64,000 nt of DNA. Source: Opitutales bacterium. Lineage in GTDB: Bacteria > Verrucomicrobiota > Verrucomicrobiia > Opitutales > T3Sed10-336. Shown piece after piece: positions 46,899-54,850 of the stretch (its first letter is position 1; each line of letters opens with the position of its first letter). The stretch spans positions 24,647 to 88,646 of the forward strand of contig SLTG01000088.1 in NCBI GenBank assembly GCA_007130045.1. The letters run 5' to 3'. The notes under the pieces were generated by a model, which worked only from the letters and a program-made list of their open reading frames with translations, had not been told where the DNA came from and ran no database searches. Position numbers and translations under genes: made by a program.

Positions 46899-47579
46899 TC
46901 AAACCCTCCGATACCCGGAAGATCCCGAGCAACGCGATGTCGGCGATGGTCCATCAGACCAACGAGCAGACGGAGAAGATCCAAGAGCCCGCCGGAAAGC
47001 CTGCTTATTCGTCCATGAGTGGAAAAGCGGCGACCTCCCTGTGGATCGCGCCTTCGCTTGTGAGCCGGCTGACGAAGAAGGAAAAGCTGTCCACCCGGAA
47101 GGGCCGGCCGAGTAGTCGCGATGTGTCTTCAGGAATTCCTTGACCGTGCCCGGCGCCGCCCGCGCGCAGCGGGCGAGCGTAACGTGAGGATGAAAACGAC
47201 GCACTGCCGGCTCGATCCCCGACGCGACCACCGCTTCTTCGACTTTCTGCTGAAGCTGAAAAAGTCGCGGGTGACCGGAGCCGACTCCGGCCCACAATAC
47301 GCGTGCGTGTCCCTTCGTCGGGAAGCGACCGACGGCCTGAAGCTCGAGGACAAACGACTGAACTCGAATGGCCGACAGACGGTCGGCAAGGGCTTGCACG
47401 GTTTCGGGCCGGGTCTCTCCGATAAACCGAAGAGTAAGGTGGTACTGTTGCGGCGGCGTCCACCGAATTCCGGCTGCGGACGTTTTCAACCTTTCGAAGT
47501 CTTCTATGATCGCCCGGGGCATTTCGATTGAAACAAACCACCGGTCGCCGGCGGGAAGGGTTTCCGTGTCGATATTCAT
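46899..47579 (-). CDS. thpR: RNA 2',3'-cyclic phosphodiesterase (ThpR/LigT, 2H family); 3' end apparently frameshifted
   Basis: Both H-x-T-x motifs are present (YHLTLRF, HPHVTLAR). After ...THRDYSAG the read frame becomes non-homologous. The family-typical C-terminus (RPFRVDSFSFFVSRLTSEGAIHREVAAFPL) sits in another frame that stops at 47005. Confidence 0.7.
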   Translation of the reverse strand: MNIDTETLPAGDRWFVSIEMPRAIIEDFERLKTSAAGIRWTPPQQYHLTLRFIGETRPETVQALADRLSAIRVQSFVLELQAVGRFPTKGHARVLWAGVGSGHPRLFQLQQKVEEAVVASGIEPAVRRFHPHVTLARCARAAPGTVKEFLKTHRDYSAGPSGWTAFPSSSAGSQAKARSTGRSPLFHSWTNKQAFRRALGSSPSARWSDGPSPTSRCSGSSGYRRV

Positions 47580-47775
47580 GGAATCGAGTATACCGGTTTC
47601 CAGCTCCGAAGGAATCCGGAAACGCGAGCGATCGGAGCACAATTTCAAGGATTTTCGAACGAAGGCGCTCGAAACGAATTGTCACGCGGCCCGGGTTTCG
47701 GGTACCCTCGTGTCCAATGACGGCAAACGTATTGTTTGTCGGTACGCCAACCTGAAAAACCAAAAGGAGGACAGA

Positions 47776-47991
47776 ATGATACGAGTCAAACACTTTACGG
47801 TGGGAACCTCGGAGGCGGCACTGGAATACCTCGACGAGGATATTAACAAGTGGCTGGACAAGAATAAGGTTCAGGATGTCAAGCACGTGGTGCAGACCTA
47901 CGGTCAATCGCCGCGTGGAATGAGCGGACACCACGAGGATTCGCTATTCATCCAGGTATGGTACCAGGTCCCGGACCACGTCGAGAGCTGA
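47776..47991 (+). CDS. Small hypothetical protein (71 aa)
   Basis: The ATG at 47776 is preceded by AAAAGGAGG at optimal spacing. Composition is non-repetitive (MIRVKHFTVGTSEAALEYLDEDINKWLDKNKVQDVKHVV...). The longer track ORF from 47368 overlaps thpR antisense. Confidence 0.55.
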   Translation: MIRVKHFTVGTSEAALEYLDEDINKWLDKNKVQDVKHVVQTYGQSPRGMSGHHEDSLFIQVWYQVPDHVES

Positions 47992-48314
47992 GTAAGTACG
48001 GGGATTCATTCCCGGCGAACCGGAGCGTCCACGATCCGGGTCCGGCATCTGTACCGATGGGTTCGTGACGGGTGCCGTTGTCCGGCGCGTTAATCCGGTG
48101 AATTCGCTTCAATTAAGTGGTATCTTCCTAAGAGAACAGAACGTCAAGCATAATAAAGTAACCGGGCCTTTCGAAGGTGGAGGCTCCGGATAATTGTCGC
48201 CATCATACAATTGGGTTGACGTTTTTGATGTTCCGGGCGCTTTTGCTTTGAGTGAAGGGCTACTGTATATTCCATGAGTGAAGCAAAGGAATCCGGAGTA
48301 CCTGCAGCAGAGAA

Positions 48315-50801
48315 ATGAGAAGAAAACCAGTATTTTTTTTAGCTTTTGTGATGGCCGTGATAACCGGGACTCTCTCGGCTGAGATGAGGGTTGTCCCCGA
48401 GTCGGTCGAGGATTTTCTATTGGTGCCCGGCGTGCCTTCCACTCTGGGTTTTCTTCTGGAAGGCAGTCCCGCATCCGAGTCGATCGAATACCGTGTCAGG
48501 GATTACACGGGGGAAGAAAGGTACCGTTCTTCCGCATCGCTGTCGGAGGGAAGAGTCGAGATTGTTATCGAGCGGGATGCCGGTTACCATGAGATTTACT
48601 TTCCGGAGCCGGATCAGGTGTTCGGGCTGGGTGCGATCGATCCGTTCGTGGGGGAAACCGATGATTTTTTTGGGATCGATGCGGCCCTCTCCTGGCATGC
48701 CGGTGAAGCGCGTCGCGAAGGATTGATCGCGAACCTCGCCCGCAGTGGGATCGGAATTGCCCGCGAGAGGGTGGACTGGGCGGGGATTAATCCGCGAAGA
48801 GGGAATTGGCATTGGCATCCGAGAGAGTCGAGCCGCCATCCGTACCCGGGAGCCTATGAGCGACTGCGGATTACGTACAGTGACTACGGGATCGATGTTC
48901 TCGATGTGTTTCACTCCGCTCCTGAATGGGTGCGGAACGCTCCATACGCCTTCCCTGTTGATCTCGAAGCCACCTCGCACTCCTGGCGTATGATCGGGGA
49001 GCGGTGGAACGATTATCTCGGCGGCCTCGAAGTGTGGAATGGGAGCGAAGGACATTTTGGCGCGTACGTTCCGGCCGACCAATACGTTCCCCTGATGCGG
49101 ACCTTGCGGTATTCCTGGGAACGGAGCGGATTGGACGTTTCCGTGGGCGGAGCCGGGTTTGATTTCTTCAATCCTCTCTACATGGATCTCGCCGCCCGCA
49201 ACGAGCTTCTTGAGGAGGTCGATTATATAAGTTTTCATTTTTTCAGCGAACCGCTCCTGCTGGAGAGTTCGATCGCCCGATACCGTGAATGGGTGAGTGA
49301 CTTCGGTCATGAAGGCATGCCGTTATGGCTTACTGCGAGCGGACCGGGATGGCGGCAAAAGGCGAGCCGGCCGCCTTTCCAAGTGCAGCGGGCCTCGTCA
49401 TTGAAATACGTTATGAACGCGGTGGAAGCGAAGGCGGCCGGGGTAGCCCGCTACTTTCCTACAGCGTATGCCTGGTCTTCTCAGGAGACGGGTTCTCCCG
49501 GGATGACCGACCAATACGACAGTCCGCTGCGTTCAATGGTGAGTTATTTTCATGCCGTGAAGACCCTTTCCAACAGAGAATACGCGGGCGATCTGGAGTT
49601 GGGGGGAGACGGGCCGATTGAGCGAGCGCGTGTGTTCACCGGTCAGGATGGGAAGGCGGTGATCGTTCTTTACACCGCCCAGCCGGCGTGGAGCCAAAGG
49701 GTGACTCTTCCGTTCCGACCGGAGCATGTAACCGAGCTCGACGGACGGGAGGTTTCGCTTGGGGCTGAGAATACCGTCAGGGTAACCAACGGGCTTATTT
49801 ACGTATGGGCGGAATCGTCGAAAGTCGAACAGCATATCAACCGGGAGACGCGTGCCGCGGAACTTTACGCCGCAAGCAGAACGGCGCCCAGGGCGCCGGC
49901 ACAAGGGTCGCCGATTGTAATGCAACCCCTTCTCGGGGAGGAGTGGGGCGGAGGAGCAAATCAGATCGGTTATACCGTCTCTCCTGATATGGATCGGTTT
50001 CTTCTTCCGGTGCGCGTTCACAACCTGAGCGAATCGGAAGTGAATCTTGAGCTTCGATTGCGCGAGATAGTCGACGGCGAAGCGGAGGGAACGCTGGAAG
50101 TCAGCCGGGTCGCTATTTCCGGGAATTCTTTCATGGACGTACTGTTCGACGTGGTTGCCACAATGTTGAATCCGCGGCAGGAATTGGCAAGGGTGGAGAT
50201 ACGCGCGACTTCCGATGAGGTTGATCGAATTGCCCCCCTGCTGATGAACTTTTTGATGCCGCGGGCATTGGACGATTTCATTGAATCGTTTTCCGTCAGA
50301 CAGTCGCTTTCGCTCCGCGATTTGGAGCGGCGTACCGAATTGTCCACAACGCGGGGAGTCGGGGCGACGACAATGATCGTCACGCGGGATGGCGGGTGGC
50401 GGATCACCAGCGATTTCACCGAGCCGGGGGATTCGAGGTTAACGTTAAACTTGTGGTCAATGGGAAACGTGCGCTGGGAAGAAGTCGAAGCGGTTGTCGT
50501 TCGCGCGCGCTTCGAACGGCCGGTTCGGGCTCAATTGCGTATATTGACTGATTTTGATACGCGCCATTATGCCGTAAATCATCTGATTCGCAGAGACGGT
50601 GAATGGGGGATCTATCTGTTTCCGTTGAACAGTAGTCATTTCTATACGAATCAGCGATTGTATGTTCACCAGATTGAGAGAATGAACAACGGATTGGTTC
50701 CGGTTGACCGTATGTCGCTGGAGTTTACCCACCTGGATTTGCGGAACACCGGGAATGTTCTGGAAATCAGCGATATAATATTTGTTGGGGGAAGCGAGTA
50801 G
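48315..50801 (+). CDS. Secreted 828-aa protein with a clan GH-A-like TIM-barrel region lacking the usual catalytic Glu pair
   Basis: Signal peptide MRRKPVFFLAFVMAVITGTLSA. The segments IARERVDWAGINPRRGNWHW, LEVWNGSEG and PLWLTASGPGW resemble the beta-4 and beta-7 motifs of GH5/GH39-type enzymes, about 100 residues apart. Confidence 0.5.
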   Translation: MRRKPVFFLAFVMAVITGTLSAEMRVVPESVEDFLLVPGVPSTLGFLLEGSPASESIEYRVRDYTGEERYRSSASLSEGRVEIVIERDAGYHEIYFPEPDQVFGLGAIDPFVGETDDFFGIDAALSWHAGEARREGLIANLARSGIGIARERVDWAGINPRRGNWHWHPRESSRHPYPGAYERLRITYSDYGIDVLDVFHSAPEWVRNAPYAFPVDLEATSHSWRMIGERWNDYLGGLEVWNGSEGHFGAYVPADQYVPLMRTLRYSWERSGLDVSVGGAGFDFFNPLYMDLAARNELLEEVDYISFHFFSEPLLLESSIARYREWVSDFGHEGMPLWLTASGPGWRQKASRPPFQVQRASSLKYVMNAVEAKAAGVARYFPTAYAWSSQETGSPGMTDQYDSPLRSMVSYFHAVKTLSNREYAGDLELGGDGPIERARVFTGQDGKAVIVLYTAQPAWSQRVTLPFRPEHVTELDGREVSLGAENTVRVTNGLIYVWAESSKVEQHINRETRAAELYAASRTAPRAPAQGSPIVMQPLLGEEWGGGANQIGYTVSPDMDRFLLPVRVHNLSESEVNLELRLREIVDGEAEGTLEVSRVAISGNSFMDVLFDVVATMLNPRQELARVEIRATSDEVDRIAPLLMNFLMPRALDDFIESFSVRQSLSLRDLERRTELSTTRGVGATTMIVTRDGGWRITSDFTEPGDSRLTLNLWSMGNVRWEEVEAVVVRARFERPVRAQLRILTDFDTRHYAVNHLIRRDGEWGIYLFPLNSSHFYTNQRLYVHQIERMNNGLVPVDRMSLEFTHLDLRNTGNVLEISDIIFVGGSE

Positions 50802-50852
50802 ATTACCCGGCGGCTTGGCGTTTGCCAGGTCGCCAAATGCGCTGAGGCGGGA

Positions 50853-52493
50853 TCAATTGACGTATTTTTGGATGATCGGGATGCGCCGGCCGGCGCCGAA
50901 AGCGAGCGGAGTGATTTTCAGTCCCGGGGCCGCCTGCTTGCGTTTGTACTCGTTGAGATCCACCCGGCGGATGATGTCGCGCACGACGCCTTTATCGTAC
51001 CCTTCGCGAATCAGGTCGCGGCTCGAGAAGCCTTCTTCGATGTATTTCCGTAGAATGGCGTCGAGGACTGGATAGGGAGGGAGAGTGTCTTGGTCTTTCT
51101 GATCCGGACGCAGTTCGGCGGAGGGGGGTTTGTCGATGGTGGACCGCGGAATCCGTTCGTATTCGCGATTCTGATATTCGGCCAAAGCATAAACCTTCAT
51201 TTTAGGAAGGTCGGAGATCACAGCGAGACCGCCGGACATATCGCCATAGAGGGTGCAGTAGCCGACGGAAAGTTCGCTCTTGTTTCCAGTGGTCAGGAGC
51301 AGCGCGCCGAACTTATTGGAGAGGGCCATCAGGAGGAGCGCCCGGCTTCGCGCCTGGATGTTCTCCTCGGTGGCGTCCCGCGGACGTCCCTTGAAAAGAG
51401 GCGCCAGCGTCTCTTCGGCGGAGGTGACGATTCTGGCGATCGGGAATTCGTGGAATTTGATGTTTAGATTGCGCGCGAGGGCGGCGGCATCGTTACGGCT
51501 GTGCCGGCTGGATATTGAGGAGGGAAGGCTGACTCCGGTAACGTTTTCGGCGCCCAGCGCCTCCGCCGCGATCACGGCGGTAACAGCTGAATCGATCCCC
51601 CCGCTCAAGCCGACGATCACCTTTTCGAAACCGCTCTTGGTGACGTAGTCCCGCAGACCGAGAGTCAGGGCATCGTGAATATCTTCGATCTCGGTGCGAC
51701 GGTAGGTCGGGTGGAGAGCGTTGTCCGGGTGATCGGTATCAATGACGACCAGGTCTTCGCGGAAGGCCGCGCACGTGGCCACAACCTTGCCGGAGCGATC
51801 GGCGAGCACGCTTCGCCCGTCAAATATGAGCTCGTCGTTGCCGCCGACGGCATTGCAGTACACGGCCGGACAGCCGCACCTTCGTGCGGCGTCGGTGATA
51901 AACGACTCCCGCACCTCGGTTTTTCCCGAATGCCAGGGACTGGCGGAGACATTGAGCAACAGATCGATTCGCCGGGCAGCCAGTGTTTCGACAGGGTCCG
52001 AACGGTACCGGTAGTGGGCGGGAAGCATCGGACTCGCCCAGATGTCTTCGCAGACGGTCAGCCCGACATTAATTTCCCGCCATTTCCAGGTCGCCGGGGA
52101 GTTTGCGGGTTCGAAGTAACGGTCTTCGTCGAATACATCGTAGGTGGGGAGGAGGGATTTCCGTGCGCAGATCCTGACTTCACCGCCCTCGCACCACGCC
52201 GCGCTGTTGAAAAACGGACGGCCGTCGGGTGCGGGGTTGGTTTCGACGAAGCCCACAACCGCGGGCACACTGCCGGTTTCGGAGGCGATTTCCGTAATCG
52301 TTTCTTCAACATCGGGTACGAACCGGCGCTTAAAGAGAAGGTCACGCGGGGGATACCCGCATACGGCAAGTTCGGGGAATACAACCAACTCAGCACCCTT
52401 TTCCCGAAGAGTTTGGTAGGCGTGGAGGATCTTTTCACGATTACCCGCGAGATCGCCGACGATTGTGTTGATCTGACCGAATCCGATACGCAT
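50853..52493 (-). CDS. nadE: Glutamine-dependent NAD+ synthetase
   Basis: 546 aa with an N-terminal nitrilase-like domain ([17 protein letters not shown]) and a C-terminal synthetase domain ([10 protein letters not shown]). Confidence 0.9.
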   Translation of the reverse strand: MRIGFGQINTIVGDLAGNREKILHAYQTLREKGAELVVFPELAVCGYPPRDLLFKRRFVPDVEETITEIASETGSVPAVVGFVETNPAPDGRPFFNSAAWCEGGEVRICARKSLLPTYDVFDEDRYFEPANSPATWKWREINVGLTVCEDIWASPMLPAHYRYRSDPVETLAARRIDLLLNVSASPWHSGKTEVRESFITDAARRCGCPAVYCNAVGGNDELIFDGRSVLADRSGKVVATCAAFREDLVVIDTDHPDNALHPTYRRTEIEDIHDALTLGLRDYVTKSGFEKVIVGLSGGIDSAVTAVIAAEALGAENVTGVSLPSSISSRHSRNDAAALARNLNIKFHEFPIARIVTSAEETLAPLFKGRPRDATEENIQARSRALLLMALSNKFGALLLTTGNKSELSVGYCTLYGDMSGGLAVISDLPKMKVYALAEYQNREYERIPRSTIDKPPSAELRPDQKDQDTLPPYPVLDAILRKYIEEGFSSRDLIREGYDKGVVRDIIRRVDLNEYKRKQAAPGLKITPLAFGAGRRIPIIQKYVN

Positions 52494-52615
52494 GAGACAT
52501 CCTTTGAAAGCTGTCGTTCATAGCCGAGGACGCTCGACCCGGCAAACAGGAAATGCGTGACCGTGGGTTCCGGGGGTTGAAGGGGCGCGGATACGGCAAA
52601 GAACCGAAACCGCGC

Positions 52616-53284
52616 TCAATCGCCGGGGTTCAGGATTTCCCGGACGAACGCCTTTTTGTCATCCGAGAGGAAAAAGGAGGTGCCGGCGACAAAGGTGTCC
52701 GCACCGTGGCGGCGGCATTCGGCGGCGGTCTTAACGTTGATGCCGCCGTCGACCTCCAGGCGAAAACGCAGGTCGTTCCCGGTTCGGAACGCAGCGATGT
52801 CCGTCAGTTTCGAAAGGGTATCCTCCCTGAAGCTCTGCCCGCCGAAACCCGGCTCAACGGTCATGACGAGGACGAGATCGACCGCATCCAGCAAAGGCAG
52901 CACCGATTCAACCGGGGTGTCCGGATTGAGGACGATCCCGTTGCGGCAGCCGAGTTCGCGAATGTTCTTCAAAGTCGTCCGGTGGTCGTAGTCCGGTTCG
53001 ATGTGAACGCTGATCAGATCGGCGCCGGCCTCCGCGAACGGTTTGATGAACCGGTCGGGGTTGTCGAGCATGAGGTGAACATCGAGGAACAACGGAAATT
53101 CGTCGCGAAGGGCGGCGACCGTCGCGGGACCAAACGTGAGGTTCGGCACGAAGTGCCCGTCCATGACATCGACGTGAAGCCATGAGAGCCCGTGATCGAT
53201 CACTTCGCGCGCGCTTTTGGCGAGGTGGGCGTGGTTTCCGGCAAGGAGGGACGGTGCGAAAATAATCTCCTGTGGATTCTCCAT
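52616..53284 (-). CDS. rpe: Ribulose-phosphate 3-epimerase
   Basis: The start at 53284 gives 222 aa, with motifs PSLLAGN, HVDVMDGHFVPN, DVHLM and TVEPGFGGQ. Confidence 0.9.
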   Translation of the reverse strand: MENPQEIIFAPSLLAGNHAHLAKSAREVIDHGLSWLHVDVMDGHFVPNLTFGPATVAALRDEFPLFLDVHLMLDNPDRFIKPFAEAGADLISVHIEPDYDHRTTLKNIRELGCRNGIVLNPDTPVESVLPLLDAVDLVLVMTVEPGFGGQSFREDTLSKLTDIAAFRTGNDLRFRLEVDGGINVKTAAECRRHGADTFVAGTSFFLSDDKKAFVREILNPGD

Positions 53285-53291
53285 AAGTGTT

Positions 53292-54635
53292 CTATTGTCG
53301 ATTTGATCGGTTTCCATCGATGCGGGCAACCGTTTCTTTAATTGCTTCAAGCGTTTTCCGTACGGCGCCGCGGTTGGCGGCGTGCCATTTCAGGGCGTTA
53401 CCGCCGACCTTCGCCCGGCGGCCCCGGTCTTTCAACAGCATGAGCGCCTGGTCGGCGAGGTCGACGTCGTCGCCGACGACTATCGCGGCGTCGGAATCGA
53501 CCAGATGACGCGCGAGCGTGCGAAAGTTGGACATATACGGTCCGTAGAGCAGGGCTTTCCCGAATGCGGCGGCCTCGATCGGTGTCTGGCCGCCGTCGTT
53601 TGTAGGCAGGCTTTTGCCGACGAAGACCATGTCGGCGAGTTGCGTGAACATGAGCAGTTCCCCGGTTGTATCGGCGACTGCGACGTCCACCGGCGTTCCC
53701 GCCTCACCGGCTGTGCGGAAGTGGAATGAAAAGGAAAACTCCTCAAGGGTCTTGCGGATTTCCTCCCGTCGTTCCATGTGGCGGGGAACAATCAGAAGCT
53801 GGCAGGCCAGGCCTTCCTTCCTTGCGCGTTGGAGCATCCGCAGGAGCGCGGATTCTTCTCCGGGCCAAGTCGAAGAGCCCAGAATCAGGGGCGGGTATTC
53901 CTTCGGTCCGGTTCCTCCGGAACCTGGCGTGTAGAGTCCGAGTTCGTCCCGCAGAGCCGCTCGGGCGTTGTCATCGAGGATCGGCTCCAGGTTAACGTCG
54001 AGTTTGATGTTGCCGCTCGTATCCACGATGCTCTCATCGGCGCCGAGCTGAATGAAGCGGTCGGCGTCGTCTTCGGAGGCGGCCAGGATCCGCGAGAACT
54101 TGTTCAGGAGCCGTTCGGTAAGGAAAGCGAGGGCGGACAGTCGTCCGTATGATCGATCCGAGATGCGCGCGTTTATCAGGATCAGCGGGGTTCCGCGGGA
54201 CGCGGCCTGGTGAAGGTGTTCCGGCCACAGTTCGGACTCCATCAGGAGGCAGAGATCAGGTTGGACGCGACGCCAGGTCCGCAGGCTGAACGGGAAAAAG
54301 TCGAGCGGAAAATAGGCGAGTCCGACAACCTGGTCGCGGAAGCGCTCTCTGGCGAGCGCGTAGCCGGTGCTGGTGGTGGTAGTGAGGAAAATCTCGAGCC
54401 CGGGGTCCTTCTGAAGTTCCCGGATAAGAGGACCGGCCGCAAAAATTTCTCCCACGCTGACGGCCTGGAGCCAGATGCGCCGGACTCCGGCCTTCTTGGG
54501 CGGGAGGTGCGGCAGATTGCCGAACCGGGTTCCGAATCCTTCCCGGTATCCGCCCCGGCGCTTCATCCGCAAGATGTAACGCGGGAGGAGGATCAGCAGT
54601 AATGGAAGAAAGAGAATGCGATAGGCCCAGATCAT
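53292..54635 (-). CDS. waaA: 3-deoxy-D-manno-octulosonic acid (Kdo) transferase
   Basis: The start MIWAYRILFLPLLLILLP gives 447 aa, with motifs WLQAVSVGE and GGQTPIEAAAFGKA. It stops 7 nt before the rpe start. Confidence 0.85.
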   Translation of the reverse strand: MIWAYRILFLPLLLILLPRYILRMKRRGGYREGFGTRFGNLPHLPPKKAGVRRIWLQAVSVGEIFAAGPLIRELQKDPGLEIFLTTTTSTGYALARERFRDQVVGLAYFPLDFFPFSLRTWRRVQPDLCLLMESELWPEHLHQAASRGTPLILINARISDRSYGRLSALAFLTERLLNKFSRILAASEDDADRFIQLGADESIVDTSGNIKLDVNLEPILDDNARAALRDELGLYTPGSGGTGPKEYPPLILGSSTWPGEESALLRMLQRARKEGLACQLLIVPRHMERREEIRKTLEEFSFSFHFRTAGEAGTPVDVAVADTTGELLMFTQLADMVFVGKSLPTNDGGQTPIEAAAFGKALLYGPYMSNFRTLARHLVDSDAAIVVGDDVDLADQALMLLKDRGRRAKVGGNALKWHAANRGAVRKTLEAIKETVARIDGNRSNRQ

Positions 54636-54850
54636 AGTCCGTGAGAAGGGTAACGATAAATCCTCACGGGTATAAAGCTTGTTTTGTCCGAGGGTGCGTT
54701 TTGGGGGCACGGTTATTCGAGCGGGGCCGGCGCACAACGGTAAAGGGCGGGACGGTTCTCGGGGCGCCTCTCGCGGACCCCAAAGAAAAAAATTGACCCT
54801 ATTCCCGGTTTACCTGTCGTTTCTGATGAGGCTTTTCATTGAGACCGAGA

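Noticed and set aside
46634-47004. Possible ncRNA or small gene in the 370-nt stretch between the M32 carboxypeptidase start and the (corrected) thpR end. It includes + strand ORFs of 87 and 93 aa.
   Set aside because: I found no strong hairpins, no conserved ncRNA motifs that I recognise (SRP, 6S, tmRNA, RNase P) and no start context. The ORFs have skewed composition and overlap the thpR alternative-frame tail.
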